Numbered from the stretch's first letter, positions 1 to 11,082 are shown. The stretch: 64,000 bases of DNA from Nitrosopumilus sp. (GCA_965238275.1 OZ250186.1:864001-928000), one strand, 5' to 3'. The notes: generated by a model not told the origin, from the letters alone. Translations and numbers: made by a program.

Positions 1-364
1 AAAACTCCAGCATCGTCTGGTTCCCAGACATATCTGTCGGAAACAACTCTCCTGCAAATCTTATTTTTTGGACCGTCCGTCCTGGTCTGAAATCCTTTAA
101 GGCAGGATCAAGCGAATCCATTTCAACGCCGGCAGTATCCCAGCATCCGTCATAGTCATTGGGCCTTTGTTTCCCTGTAACAAAACTTCCATCAGTGTAT
201 GCCCGGGAACACCCCGTATGTCTGAGATTTTTTAACGCCTCACACATCCCACCCATCAGTCTTTTTCTGTGGCCGTTATAACCAAATTTTTCCTTGAATT
301 CATTCCATGCTGCAGTATGAATTCCCGGTGGTAGGTTTCCTCTGCTGTCAAATTCAGGTATCAT
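1..364 (-). CDS. DUF6932-like putative nucleotidyltransferase (runs off window edge)
   Basis: Manual translation from ATG at 364: MIPEFDSRGNLPPGIH...YTDGSFVTGKQRPNDYDGCWD. This gives a GS-x-DxD motif and the LPPGIH N-terminus typical of DUF6932. No stop before position 1; not in the ORF track. Confidence 0.75.
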   Translation of the reverse strand, partial: MIPEFDSRGNLPPGIHTAAWNEFKEKFGYNGHRKRLMGGMCEALKNLRHTGCSRAYTDGSFVTGKQRPNDYDGCWDTAGVEMDSLDPALKDFRPGRTVQKIRFAGELFPTDMSGNQTMLEF

Positions 365-787
365 GACTAACACAACATTATCATAGTGTTATCATTTATT
401 TAAACCACCTGCTGCGGTCGGCTGGTTGCGGCATGCGGCATACATGTCTCCCACCAGGATCCCCGTTCTGTTCTGCTCTCAGGTATGAATTCGTATTCTG
501 GATATGTCCTACGTGCTTGCGGTAGGCTGGTGCCTGCACATTCTTCGGTTTTATGGCATGTGTGGTCTAACGGTTGCACCATTCCATAAACCGCATCCTG
601 CGTGGGGGTCGTACCAAATGACTCCGTGTTCCATGTTGTCGAATCAGCGACTCTGATATTCTTGTTCACAGACGTATTCCCACATACAGTCCATGGCTTG
701 TCTTTCCTGCATGAATCCCGTGTGCCGTTTTTTGTACGCAACTCCAACTGGTTCTCCTGCTTAACCCTCATATACCCAGACCACAAC

Positions 788-1774
788 ATGATGTATGTGT
801 CCAAGGTAAGACTTGCAATCCCCAAGGGAAGCTTGGAGGCTGCCACCTTTAAGCTGCTTGAGCGGTCGTGGACGCGTGTTGACAGAAAGAGCCGCACGTA
901 CCGTGTCTATCTTGATGATCCTGAGATTGTAGTCAAGATGCTCAGGCCGCAGGAGATTCCGACACTGGTGGCAGAAGGACTCTATGATGTGGGAATTACC
1001 GGCAAAGACTGGGTCGGGGAGACCAACTCTGACGTGGATCCGCTGCTGGATCTGGAATACGGCACAATCCGGCTTGTCGTTGCATTTCCGGACAGCCACC
1101 GGTACCGCAGCCTTGATGCCATGATTGCAGACTATGCCAGAAGAAACAGGACCCTTAGAATATCCTCCGAATATCTGACCACTGCTGCAAGGTATGTCAT
1201 GCAGCTAAAGTCATACAAAAAGTACCACGGCGCCCAGGATCCGATGATCGTCACCCCGTGGATTCGTCAGGGCCAGAACAAAAAAGTACAGATTCATCTC
1301 TCATTTGGGGCCACCGAGGCCAAGCCGCCAGAGGACGTGGATGCCATTATTGATGTGACAGAGACCGGCACCACCCTGAGGCAGAACAAGCTGAGGATTG
1401 CAGACGAGATCCTCACATCCAGTGCGCACCTTATTGCAAACCGGGACTCCCTAAAGGATGCTGGCAAACGCGAAAAGATATTTGACATTGTAACCCTGCT
1501 GAGGGGGGCCGTACACGGCAAAAAGTACCTCCACATCTACCTGAATGTCAAGGAGAAGAACCTTGAGAGGCTTTTGCGACAGATGCCGTCACTCAAAAGA
1601 CCCACAGTGTCCCCGCTTGCCGAATCCGGATGGTTTGGCGTCAATACCGTAATCAGAAAGGACGAATTCCACAAACTAATCCCACATTTAAGGAAAATTG
1701 CCCAGGGCCTCGTGGTCCACGAGCCAAGGCAGATACTGGAGCTCGAGGAGATCAAACGCGACGAGGAAAACTGA
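788..1774 (+). CDS. hisG: ATP phosphoribosyltransferase (long form)
   Basis: AIPKGSL, RPQEIP, DVGITGKD, GATE, ETGTTLRQNKL motifs; start probably at 788-797, not 602. Confidence 0.95.
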   Translation: MMYVSKVRLAIPKGSLEAATFKLLERSWTRVDRKSRTYRVYLDDPEIVVKMLRPQEIPTLVAEGLYDVGITGKDWVGETNSDVDPLLDLEYGTIRLVVAFPDSHRYRSLDAMIADYARRNRTLRISSEYLTTAARYVMQLKSYKKYHGAQDPMIVTPWIRQGQNKKVQIHLSFGATEAKPPEDVDAIIDVTETGTTLRQNKLRIADEILTSSAHLIANRDSLKDAGKREKIFDIVTLLRGAVHGKKYLHIYLNVKEKNLERLLRQMPSLKRPTVSPLAESGWFGVNTVIRKDEFHKLIPHLRKIAQGLVVHEPRQILELEEIKRDEEN

Positions 1775-3042
1775 TGGAAAAAGTCAAAGTAACAAACACT
1801 AAAAAATTCCTGGCAACATTCCTCTCAGAATCGACACCTGCACCCATCGAACTCGTCAAGTCCATTATAGCTGCGGTTCGGGAGAAAGGCGATCCTGCAG
1901 TAATCCAATACGAGAACACGTTTGGCAACCAAAAGATCTCCTCACTACGGTTATCCAAAAGAGAGATTAAGAGTGCATACAAAAAGATATCCCCGGACCA
2001 GCTTGATGCAATACGTCTGGCAAAGGAGAGGCTTGAGAAGACAGAAAGGACAGTCATGTCCCTTTTGAAGGACAAGACCATCAGGGACGATGGCATCACA
2101 ATACGCAAAAGATTCGTTCCGATTCGGAGCGTCGGATGCTATGTCCCTGGTGGCAGGGCAAGATACCCAAGTTCTGCTGTAATGTCGATCACTCCGGCAA
2201 AGATGGTAGGCGTCAAGAGAATCGTGGTGGTATCCCCGCCTGATGCCAGTGGTAATCCGGATCCGATGACGATAGTGGCAGCCGATGTCTGCGGTGCCTC
2301 TGAGATCTACAGAACCGGCGGGGTACAGGCGATTGCGGCATTGGGGTATGGCACAAAATCCATTCCAAAAGTAGACAAGATAGTGGGACCCGGCGGTGCG
2401 TTTGTAACTGAGGCAAAGGCGCAGATCTCCATGGAAATTGGCATAGACATGCTTGCAGGGCCTACCGAGCTTGGCATAATTGCAGATGAGACAGCCGACC
2501 CCAAAACGGTAGCCCTAGACCTGATATCACAGGCCGAGCACGGTCCTGACATATCATGTTATCTGATAACAACTTCCAACGGCCTGGCGGATGCTGTCAA
2601 CAATGTGATCTCCGGACTTCTTCCGGGACTGGCCAGGATGGATCATGTGGATGCCAGCCTGTCGCACGGATTCATCGCAGTCTGCAAGACAGAGAAAATG
2701 ATGATAGAGATTGCCAACGAACTTGCCCCAGAACACCTCCAGATAATGACTGCAGACCCGGAATCCATCGCATCTGAGATTACCACCCCCGGTTTGATAC
2801 TGCTGGGGCATGACACCCCGTCTGCTGCAAGCGACTACCTGCTTGGCTCCAACCACATACTTCCCACCGACGGGAAAGGCAAGACCCGCGGCTCGCTGTC
2901 CGTGCTGGACTTTGTAAAACTGACCACGCATGTGTCTGCATCAAAAAAATCACTATCCAAGATATCAAGGCACCTTGAGGCACTGACCAGTGCAGAGGGC
3001 CTGCCAAACCACTACGAGGCAGTAAGGGGCAGGCTGTCATGA
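1774..3042 (+). CDS. hisD: Histidinol dehydrogenase
   Basis: GCYVPGG, KIVGPGG, DMLAGPTE, SQAEH, APEHL, GSNHILPT motifs; ATG overlaps the hisG TGA. Confidence 0.95.
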   Translation: MEKVKVTNTKKFLATFLSESTPAPIELVKSIIAAVREKGDPAVIQYENTFGNQKISSLRLSKREIKSAYKKISPDQLDAIRLAKERLEKTERTVMSLLKDKTIRDDGITIRKRFVPIRSVGCYVPGGRARYPSSAVMSITPAKMVGVKRIVVVSPPDASGNPDPMTIVAADVCGASEIYRTGGVQAIAALGYGTKSIPKVDKIVGPGGAFVTEAKAQISMEIGIDMLAGPTELGIIADETADPKTVALDLISQAEHGPDISCYLITTSNGLADAVNNVISGLLPGLARMDHVDASLSHGFIAVCKTEKMMIEIANELAPEHLQIMTADPESIASEITTPGLILLGHDTPSAASDYLLGSNHILPTDGKGKTRGSLSVLDFVKLTTHVSASKKSLSKISRHLEALTSAEGLPNHYEAVRGRLS

Positions 3043-4106
3043 AGGGGTGGTTTGAGGAGAGAATGGAGACACTCTCTGGAATCCAGGGGTACAAGAAACC
3101 GGACCTGCTTTCGGGCAGCGTCAAGCTTGATTCCAACGAGAACTATTCCATTCCAAAGCAGTTCCAAAACGAGATCATCCAGTCGGCCCGAAAAAGTTCC
3201 GATGTAAGGGAGTATCCTCTGGGAGGAACAGAGCGCCTCATCAAGGCAATCTCCGGGTATGCAAGGGTTCCGCCCTCGATGATCGGCGTTGGAAACGGCT
3301 CTGATCAGATACTGGATATAATACTGTCCAACTTTGCATCCCCTGGCACTAGGGCGCTTGTCTCGAATCCCACATTCGAGTTCTTTGAGAGGAGGTGCAG
3401 GCTGTACTCTGTTCCGCTGGTTGAAGTGCCCTTCTCAGACGGGATGGTGCTTGATGCAAAGGTGTTTACCCGGAACTCCTCCGAGGCAGACATCCTGTAC
3501 CTTGACTCACCCAACAATCCCACAGGATTCCAGTTTCCCAAGGCCGAGCTGTACAGGCTGATCAAGTCCTTTGAGGGGCTTGTAATAATTGACGAGGCGT
3601 ACGGGGAGTTTGGAGACTATACCGTTGCCGGGCTGGTCAGGAGGCAGAAGAACCTGATAGTGACCCGGACGCTTTCAAAGTCATTCGGGCTTGCAGGGCT
3701 CAGACTGGGATACCTCATATCAAACAGGAACATTGTCAGCCTCTTTACTGATGTACTGCAGTATCCGTACCCGCTTGGCACCATAACCATCGAGGCCGGA
3801 ATCGAGGCCATGGCGCGGCTGGATGTTGTGAGGAGTGCCATAGAGAGGACAAAGACAGAGAGGGCCAGAATAATCCGCACCCTGAGGGGCCACGACTCCT
3901 TTGAGGTCTTTGATTCCAGCGCAAACTTTGTCCTGTTTGATGCAGGCGGGGCGTACAAGAGGATTCATTCCGCCCTTGCCGAACAGGGAATCTCAATCCG
4001 CAGGCTGGGCCGGATAGGACAGTACGAGGGGTGTCTCCGGGTAACTGTGGGCACAAAGGAGATGAACTCAAAGTTTCTGCTTGCCGTGCGTGATCTGTTG
4101 GGGTGA
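3039..4106 (+). CDS. hisC: Histidinol-phosphate aminotransferase
   Basis: LDSNEN, GNGSDQ, SPNNPTG, DEAYGEF, RTLSKSFGLAGLRLGY (PLP lysine). Confidence 0.95.
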   Translation: MKGWFEERMETLSGIQGYKKPDLLSGSVKLDSNENYSIPKQFQNEIIQSARKSSDVREYPLGGTERLIKAISGYARVPPSMIGVGNGSDQILDIILSNFASPGTRALVSNPTFEFFERRCRLYSVPLVEVPFSDGMVLDAKVFTRNSSEADILYLDSPNNPTGFQFPKAELYRLIKSFEGLVIIDEAYGEFGDYTVAGLVRRQKNLIVTRTLSKSFGLAGLRLGYLISNRNIVSLFTDVLQYPYPLGTITIEAGIEAMARLDVVRSAIERTKTERARIIRTLRGHDSFEVFDSSANFVLFDAGGAYKRIHSALAEQGISIRRLGRIGQYEGCLRVTVGTKEMNSKFLLAVRDLLG

Positions 4107-4112
4107 CTGCCA

Positions 4113-5030
4113 GTGTCTGATGATACCTTGAAGGGAGTAATCCGGAATCTGGATGGCATCATATTTGACTGCGACGGCGTGCTGGTGGATGTCACAGAAT
4201 CGTACAGTGCTGCGATAATACGGACCGTGCGGTGCGTGTTGGATGGAATGGGGGTGTCTGGAAATATTGATCATGCCATGATTGGGGGGTTCAAGGATAC
4301 GGGCGGATTCAACGACGAGATTGATCTTGCGTATGCTGCAATCCTTGGTATCACTGCTGCCAGTACCTTGGGAAAAGAGCCTGGCGAGTATGTGTCCGAG
4401 GTGATACGCAATGCCGACTGCACCGGCATACGGTCAGTCGAGAAACAACTGGAAAAAGTCAACGGGATGCGTGATGTAATGGAGCGACTGGACTATCCGA
4501 AGGGACGCCTTGGGAGCGTCGTGTATCGCACGTTCAACGAGCTGTTCTACGGGCCTGTCCTGTACAAAAAGGCGTTCGGGGCAGAATCTGCACATTCTGA
4601 TCCGGGCCTGATTGACTCGGACCGGATAATTCCTGATGATTCCACCATGGATGTGCTGCATCAACGGTTTGGCTCCAAGATGGCGATGGTGACCGGAAGG
4701 GGGTACGAGCCTGCCCGGTATACCCTGGGGGACATGATGGAATACTTTGACGTGCCATGCTCGAAATTTCTTGAGGATCTGCCGCGCAAGTACGCAAAGC
4801 CAAACCCGTACTCCCTTGAGGAGGCCATCGGATGCATGGGATGCGGCATGGTGCTGTACGTGGGGGATTCTGCAGAAGACATGATGATGGCAGATGCCGT
4901 GGACTCTGCCGTATTCTGTGGGGTTGCAGGATCAGGTACACGCAGGCGTGATCTGTTTGAGAAGGGAGGAGCGGTCCTGATACTTGATTCCATACTGGAT
5001 CTTCCATGTGCATTGAATCTGTATCTCTGA
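4113..5030 (+). CDS. HAD-family hydrolase in his operon (candidate histidinol-phosphate phosphatase)
   Basis: IFDCDGVL (DxD), VTGR, KPNP, YVGDSAED HAD motifs. Confidence 0.85.
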   Translation: MSDDTLKGVIRNLDGIIFDCDGVLVDVTESYSAAIIRTVRCVLDGMGVSGNIDHAMIGGFKDTGGFNDEIDLAYAAILGITAASTLGKEPGEYVSEVIRNADCTGIRSVEKQLEKVNGMRDVMERLDYPKGRLGSVVYRTFNELFYGPVLYKKAFGAESAHSDPGLIDSDRIIPDDSTMDVLHQRFGSKMAMVTGRGYEPARYTLGDMMEYFDVPCSKFLEDLPRKYAKPNPYSLEEAIGCMGCGMVLYVGDSAEDMMMADAVDSAVFCGVAGSGTRRRDLFEKGGAVLILDSILDLPCALNLYL

Positions 5031-5198
5031 TCGTCTCTGTTGGGACTTGTGACATCTGTTCGTTCCATTGTTTTTCGAATGCCTGTCTGTACCGATTCAA
5101 ACAATCATAAAATCTATGTTTGATCATGAAAATATGACCACATCTGGTCTGAAATATCTGACCGAATACTTGAAATATGATTGGCATGATAACACAAC

Positions 5199-5795
5199 AT
5201 GCCCAGCTTCAAATCCAAATATGCGTATCCCCTGATGTACTATATGCTCTCGCACAGGCAATTCAAACAACGCCAGATGGCACGGGATTTGGGATTTAGG
5301 CATGGAGGCAGTATCAGTGGGTTTGTAACTTGGCTGGAGGATTTGAATCTAGTTGCAAAAACCAGGGATCCCCTGCACCGCACCAAGACATACCACGTTC
5401 CCTCGCCACTAAGCCTGATAAAATTTTACAGTAATTTTGCCAAAATGAAGAATCTATGCATATCCCGTGACGTGGGGCGTGATCGGAATGAGGTGATTGA
5501 ATATTTTAAAAGGAATAACAGCGTCTTTTGCCTAGCCACGGCATTGGAGCATTACTCTGACTACGTCCGAGATCCTGCAATCCATGTATATGTGGACAAT
5601 AATTGTTTGAACGAGGTAAAACATGAAGAGGGCAGCATCCGGGCGTATCTTTATCCATTGAAACCTTACCTGAAGGACAATATAATTGAAATAAATGGGA
5701 TGATGCTGACTACAAGACTTCGAACCCTGATTGATTTGTATTGTGATGACAAGGCTTATCTGGCAACCCCCCTGGTTAAACAATTATGGATTTGA
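5199..5795 (+). CDS. wHTH protein, AbiEi-like type IV antitoxin candidate
   Basis: N-terminal HTH-like segment (RQMARDLG...SISGFVTWLEDLNLV) and C-terminal TTRLRTLIDLY; overlaps the downstream NTase gene; AT-rich. Confidence 0.6.
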   Translation: MPSFKSKYAYPLMYYMLSHRQFKQRQMARDLGFRHGGSISGFVTWLEDLNLVAKTRDPLHRTKTYHVPSPLSLIKFYSNFAKMKNLCISRDVGRDRNEVIEYFKRNNSVFCLATALEHYSDYVRDPAIHVYVDNNCLNEVKHEEGSIRAYLYPLKPYLKDNIIEINGMMLTTRLRTLIDLYCDDKAYLATPLVKQLWI

Positions 5796-6541
5796 TTATC
5801 GATGAATACCTGCCGGAAGCCACCTCCCAGAGTTTGTTGGAACTTCGAAAATTCACAAAATGGCAAAAAGAAAACAATGGAGAATGGGCAAATATTATTG
5901 GTGGCTGGGCGGTCTGGGCATACTACGAACAAGGTCTTGGTTCCCGTGATATTGATTTGGTTCTTCCCAGAAATGACCACGTACGTTCGGAAATATTTAA
6001 TTCATATTTCCCAAACAACAATATTGACAAAAAGGCAAAAAATGTATTTGAAACCGAGGTGTATTATGCCAAGGACATCACTTTTCTCGGAAAAACAGAT
6101 GAGATAATATTTGATTTGTTTTATCCTGAAAACTTCAGACCAGACAATGACGGTTTGGACTTTACCATCAAATGGCAATGGATGTTGGATTACTCCATAA
6201 CACACCCGGTTGGAAATGATTGCTTTATTCAAATTCCTTGTCCAGAGCTGCTTTTGCCTACAAAAATGGTAGCCGCATTGTCTAGAATTGAGGAATTAAA
6301 ACATACAAGCGACATATCCAGAAAGCAATCCAAAATCTGGAAGGATTACTATGACGTTGGCATATTGAGTGGACATATAGATTTTGACTGGGATCATTTG
6401 GAACGGCATATGAAAAATATTGGTTTTACTCGTGATCTGGTAACCAGATTTTTGGATGGCTATATCAGTCGGGCAGATTCGCTTGAATATGCAAACACCA
6501 CACTCATTCAGGTAGCTGACAAAATTCCCCCATTAAGGTAG
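5786..6541 (+). CDS. AbiEii/DUF1814-like nucleotidyltransferase (type IV toxin candidate)
   Basis: IIGGWAV...GSRDIDLV NTase motif, TKMVAALSR and KDYYDV C-terminal motifs. Confidence 0.7.
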   Translation: MDLIIDEYLPEATSQSLLELRKFTKWQKENNGEWANIIGGWAVWAYYEQGLGSRDIDLVLPRNDHVRSEIFNSYFPNNNIDKKAKNVFETEVYYAKDITFLGKTDEIIFDLFYPENFRPDNDGLDFTIKWQWMLDYSITHPVGNDCFIQIPCPELLLPTKMVAALSRIEELKHTSDISRKQSKIWKDYYDVGILSGHIDFDWDHLERHMKNIGFTRDLVTRFLDGYISRADSLEYANTTLIQVADKIPPLR

Positions 6542-6849
6542 TATTTTGGTAACTGCTATCTTGCTCTGACCTTGTTACAAACAATTCACCGATCCCTACT
6601 TGTCAGCTATACCATCGAAATAAAATTTGAGATCATTCCGCTAAGAGATCGCCGTTAATTTTAGTTTCCAGACATTATTTCTCAGATTATTCTCCAGAAT
6701 GCATGCCTGTTTGTCTGATCAGTTGTTTGGTTTTGAACACTGCTGTGTGTATGTATTTCCGGAGTATTCCCAGAACGTTTTGGTAGGAATGTGTACAGAT
6801 ATGATGTCTGACGAGGAGATCAGGAAATCCCAAAAAGAGATGGCTGATC

Positions 6850-7191
6850 TTATAAAAAAAGAAAGGCGAAGGAACAGTCATGGTGATATCGTATCCTGCC
6901 AAGTCTGGCAAGAGAAAGTGGATCCGGTACGAGCGGATCTACTCTGATGCCATGTGACACGTCGACTGGCACGCCATGAAAGGCTACTGCATGAATGAGA
7001 TGAACCTGGTAATTTACCTGGATGACGCCTCGCGATGCATCACAGGGACCGGACTGCTCAAGGATGCGACGTCCGAGAACGCCGTCATCGTACTGCGCAA
7101 TGCCATCGGGAAGTTCGGTGCTCCGGCAACCGAACCAGTCCGGCATAATTTCGATATAATGCATCCATACGGAATCCGCCGAAGGTGTTAA
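6850..7191 (+). pseudogene. Degraded rve-integrase-type (IS481-like) transposase remnant
   Basis: Fragments ...VRYER.YSDAM*HVDWHAMK and LVIYLDDASRCITG...ATSENA...AIGKFGAP; interrupted and truncated. Confidence 0.65.
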
Positions 7192-7217
7192 ATTTGGAAT
7201 GACACCATGATGAATCC

Positions 7218-7808
7218 ATGGAACCACGAAAGGCATCCATCCGACGCGATACCAAGGAGACTGCATTATCAGTATCTGTCAACATTGACGGTACCGGCAG
7301 CACCAGCATTGTCACCGGCATTGACTTTCTTGATCACGTTATAACGTCATTTGGCAGGCATGCCATGCTAGACTTGGAGGTAAAGGCAGAATCAAACGAC
7401 AGAATAGCCCACCACCTGATAGAGGATACTGCAATAGCACTGGGCCAGGCACTGGATGAGGCTCTGGGCGAGCGGGACGGCATAGTACGATTTGGCCTTG
7501 CCTCGGTCCCAATGGACGAATCCCTTGCAGTGGCTGCCGTGGATCTGGTAAGGCGGCCATTCTCCAAGCTGACACTACCGCTTCAGCGTGACTCCGTCGA
7601 GGGGATCGCGCGGGAGGATCTAGAACACTTTTTCCTCTCACTGCTCCAGAATCTGAATTCCTGCATACACCTAGAGGTAAGATATGGGAGCAACGATCAC
7701 CACAAGGCGGAATCCGCCATAAAGTCCCTTGCAGTGGCGCTCCGGCAGGCCTGCGCACGGGATGCCATATCCAAGGGCCCTCCAAGCACGAAGGGTTCCA
7801 TGCGATGA
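7218..7808 (+). CDS. hisB: Imidazoleglycerol-phosphate dehydratase
   Basis: [33 protein letters not shown] motifs. Confidence 0.95.
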   Translation: MEPRKASIRRDTKETALSVSVNIDGTGSTSIVTGIDFLDHVITSFGRHAMLDLEVKAESNDRIAHHLIEDTAIALGQALDEALGERDGIVRFGLASVPMDESLAVAAVDLVRRPFSKLTLPLQRDSVEGIAREDLEHFFLSLLQNLNSCIHLEVRYGSNDHHKAESAIKSLAVALRQACARDAISKGPPSTKGSMR

Positions 7809-8404
7809 CGCATGTTGCAATATTTGACTACGGGGCCGGAAACATATTCAGCCTCAGGCACTCCCTTGAGAGGGCAGGTGCCACAGTCGACATCATTACA
7901 AACTTTGAAGGGCACAACACGTACTCGGGACTGCTCCTTCCGGGCGTGGGCCACTTTGATCCTGCGGTGCGCAGCATCGGGTCCGGCGACGGATTCACAG
8001 AGTATGTCAACGGGATGCCGGTCCTTGGGATATGCCTTGGAATGGAGATCTTCTTTGAGAGCAGCCAGGAGGGCAGCGAGCAGGGTCTTGGCGTGATGGG
8101 CGGAGACGTGGCAGTCCTTCCCCCTGTGATGAAGGTGCCCCACATGGGGTGGAACAGCCTTGAGACGGTGCGGCCAGGAAGGCTGCTTGACGGGATTGAG
8201 GACGGCTCTTGGGTGTATTTTGTCCACTCGTATATGGCGCGGCCTGATCCTGCCGGCGTGATAACTGCAGCATCAGACTATGGCATCAGCGTTCCTGCAG
8301 TGGTGGAGCAGGACAACCTGTTTGGGACGCAGTTTCATCCTGAAAAGTCAGGGGCCGTGGGGCGGCAGATGATAAGCAACTTTCTTGATGTGTGTAAGAG
8401 ATGA
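7805..8404 (+). CDS. hisH: IGP synthase glutaminase subunit
   Basis: DYGAGN, LPGVGHF, GICLG, VPHMGWN, YFVHSY, QFHPEKS. Confidence 0.95.
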   Translation: MTHVAIFDYGAGNIFSLRHSLERAGATVDIITNFEGHNTYSGLLLPGVGHFDPAVRSIGSGDGFTEYVNGMPVLGICLGMEIFFESSQEGSEQGLGVMGGDVAVLPPVMKVPHMGWNSLETVRPGRLLDGIEDGSWVYFVHSYMARPDPAGVITAASDYGISVPAVVEQDNLFGTQFHPEKSGAVGRQMISNFLDVCKR

Positions 8405-9111
8405 TGATGATAATTCCTGCAATCGACTTGATGGGGGGCCAGGTGGTACGGCTGTACCAGGGGGATCCGGAACGCAAGACCGTCTACGGGGATGATCCTG
8501 TCGCAGTTGCCCGGGAGTGGGAGAGGCAGGGCGCAGACATGCTGCACCTGGTGGATCTTGATGCTACCCTGGGACGCGGCTCCAACTCCGGTCTGATCCG
8601 GAGCATATTGGATGCAGTCTCGGTTCCCGTGCAGGTTGCAGGCGGCCTGCGGAATGCAGAATCCGTCCGCACGGCAACTGACGCGGCAGGCAGGGCCGTA
8701 ATAGGTACGCTGGCATTTGAGGATGCAGCCATTCTGAGGGAACTGAGTGCGTCGCCGGGCCCTGACCGTATCGTGATATCTGCTGATCATAGGAACGGAA
8801 TCGTGGTGACCCGCGGGTGGCAGAAATCCGCCGGAATAGCACTCGTGGATGCCCTGAAGGGGTTTTTAGACATCGGGTTTACAGAGTTTCTTGTGACTGA
8901 TGTGGGCCGCGACGGGACGCTGAAGGGACCCGAGCTTGACTACCTTGCACAGCTGTGCAGACTGGAAGGGGCACACGTCATTGCAAGCGGCGGGATATCC
9001 GGCGTGCATGATGTGGAACAGGTCATGAGGGCAGGCGCCTCGGGGGTTATACTGGGACGGGCGCTGTATGACGGCAAGATTACAATCGGGGAGGCAGGGG
9101 CATGGCGCTGA
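8401..9111 (+). CDS. hisA: ProFAR isomerase
   Basis: [38 protein letters not shown]. Confidence 0.95.
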   Translation: MMMIIPAIDLMGGQVVRLYQGDPERKTVYGDDPVAVAREWERQGADMLHLVDLDATLGRGSNSGLIRSILDAVSVPVQVAGGLRNAESVRTATDAAGRAVIGTLAFEDAAILRELSASPGPDRIVISADHRNGIVVTRGWQKSAGIALVDALKGFLDIGFTEFLVTDVGRDGTLKGPELDYLAQLCRLEGAHVIASGGISGVHDVEQVMRAGASGVILGRALYDGKITIGEAGAWR

Positions 9112-9905
9112 CCAAGCGGATAATACCGTGCCTTGATGTGCGGGACGGCAGGGTCGTCAAGGGGCTCCACTTTGAGTCCATCAGAGACGCAGGCGATCCC
9201 GTGGATCTTGCAAGGCGGTACGGCCAAGAGGGGGCAGATGAGCTGGTGTTTCTGGACATTACGGCATCCGGCGAGGGCCGCAAGACCATACGGGATCTTG
9301 TGCGGGGGGTGGCATCGGTCCTTGACATCCCGTTTACAGTCGGCGGCGGGGTCTCGTCCCTTGAGGATGCAAGGGGGATACTGCTGAACGGCGCAGACAA
9401 GGTCGGGATAAACACCGGGGCGGTAAGGAATCCGGGGCTGGTGACTGAACTGATGGGCCTCTTTGGGAGGCAGTGCGTGGTGGTGGCAGTCGATGCCAAG
9501 CGCAACTATACTACAAAGGACGGGACCGCCACATTCTGCGAGGACGGCAGGGAGTTCTGGTTTGAGGTGTTTGTGTACGGGGGGAGCAGGAAGACCGGAC
9601 TTGATGCAGTATCCTGGGCAAAACAGGTGCAGGACCTTGGCGCAGGCGAGATACTCCTTACCAGCATAGACAGGGACGGCACCAAGAACGGCTATGACAC
9701 CCTGCTCACAAAGTCGATTGTGGACGCAGTCTCGATTCCAGTCATTGCCTCCGGCGGATGCGGCAGCCCTTCAGACATGGCAGACGTCTTTGAGAGCACC
9801 GGGGTTGACGCAGCACTTGCAGCATCCATATTCCATTACAGGTCCTACGGAGTGGAAGGCGTCAAGAGGTACCTGAAGGAGCGGGGAATTCCCGTGAGAC
9901 TGTAG
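9102..9905 (+). CDS. hisF: IGP synthase cyclase subunit
   Basis: [48 protein letters not shown]. Confidence 0.95.
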   Translation: MALTKRIIPCLDVRDGRVVKGLHFESIRDAGDPVDLARRYGQEGADELVFLDITASGEGRKTIRDLVRGVASVLDIPFTVGGGVSSLEDARGILLNGADKVGINTGAVRNPGLVTELMGLFGRQCVVVAVDAKRNYTTKDGTATFCEDGREFWFEVFVYGGSRKTGLDAVSWAKQVQDLGAGEILLTSIDRDGTKNGYDTLLTKSIVDAVSIPVIASGGCGSPSDMADVFESTGVDAALAASIFHYRSYGVEGVKRYLKERGIPVRL

Positions 9906-9968
9906 CGGGTTTTGGAATTCATGGTACGTTTTCTCCAGATTGTTTCTGCATGTCACTGGTTCCTCCAC

Positions 9969-11068
9969 GCGGGTCTGTAGTTGAGTTTTGTCTCAGACAC
10001 GTCATGGGACAGTATGAACCTGCTGGCGCCGTCCATGACGGCAAAAAGCCACCGCGCCTGCGCGCGAACCTTGAAATGTATCTCGTCACAGTGCCACTTG
10101 TAATGCGCAGTCCACCTGTATATCGTGCTTGAATGCACGGTTGTTCCGTGACGGCAAAAAGCCCGTGCGCGGCTGCAGCCGCCTTGAATATTCACCCATC
10201 AGCGCCGAATAATGCGCAGTCCACCTGTATATCGTGCTTGAATGCACGGTTGTTCCGTCCTGTGCCATCACTGCCTGCACCGCAGCGCAGGACAGCCCGT
10301 ACGCTGCCTCCCTGAGTGCCCGGGATATCGCCTCTGGGCCGGCATGGCGCTTCTTGAAGCCCGGCCGTCCGGAGAATGTCCGGCCGCACGGCTTACACCG
10401 GTACCGCCGGATCGGCCCGTACGCGTTGTGTCGGTGCCCGTTGCGTGCAAACACAGTCGACTTGCAATGGTGGCATGCAGTCTGAGGCATGCTAATGACA
10501 ATTGTATTTTGGTTCCTGCACCGGTCCCACATCCGGCCAAGCAACACGTCCACTGCCCGCACGTGCTTGCACAGGCCGTCACAATTGACGTAATGCTGGC
10601 ACGCGCATACAAACCCGGCAGAGCCAAGAATCACCAGATACCACAGTCCTGGAATAGACTGCGATGCCACATTCCATCGTCTGAGACTTGTCATCCTCAC
10701 CTGCTTTGGGTCGTTGCTGATCACCTGTCCCTGCCTTGCCGCCGTTTTGGCGCGTTTTGCCCTGTTCATAAATAAACCAATTGGTATTATTACATAGATC
10801 TTTCTACCAGTCTTAAATAACAGGCAGCTAAAAAAAATTCATGACCCAGTGGGCCAAAGACGCCAAGGAATTTACCGTTTCTGTGATCAAAAACGAGAAG
10901 CGTCTGACAAACTACAGCTACATACCAAAACCGATACTTGAAATGCTTGGCAATCCCGACAAACTAAAGTTTGTCATTTCCGGCGATGACATAATGGTGC
11001 GCAGACCAGACGAGTGAATCTGGAGAAGATCCTGATTTTGTGTCACCAACCGATGATGCAGGAGAACC
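9969..11068 (-). mobile_element. Truncated copy of IS6-like element (SWIM/Zn-ribbon/DDE transposase fragment plus small divergent ORF; one TIR)
   Basis: Near-identical, in reverse orientation, to 20517-20936 plus 23676-24297. One TIR ends at 11068 (...GATGATGCAGGAGAACC). The transposase is frameshifted by a 58-nt insertion and is truncated. Confidence 0.85.
10841..11017 (+). CDS. 58-aa AbrB/SpoVT-like small protein carried by IS6-like element
   Basis: Manual translation MTQWAKDAKEFTVSVIKNEKRLTNYSYIPKPILEMLGNPDKLKFVISGDDIMVRRPDE; the IPKPI..LG pattern is AbrB-like; TATA-like TTAAATA upstream; second copy at 20568-20744. Confidence 0.6.
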   Translation: MTQWAKDAKEFTVSVIKNEKRLTNYSYIPKPILEMLGNPDKLKFVISGDDIMVRRPDE

Positions 11069-11082
11069 GATGTTAAACAAGG

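Noticed and set aside
400-897. 165-aa minus-strand ORF and the 602-787 extension of hisG
   Set aside because: No recognisable motif; overlaps hisG, whose homology begins near 790.
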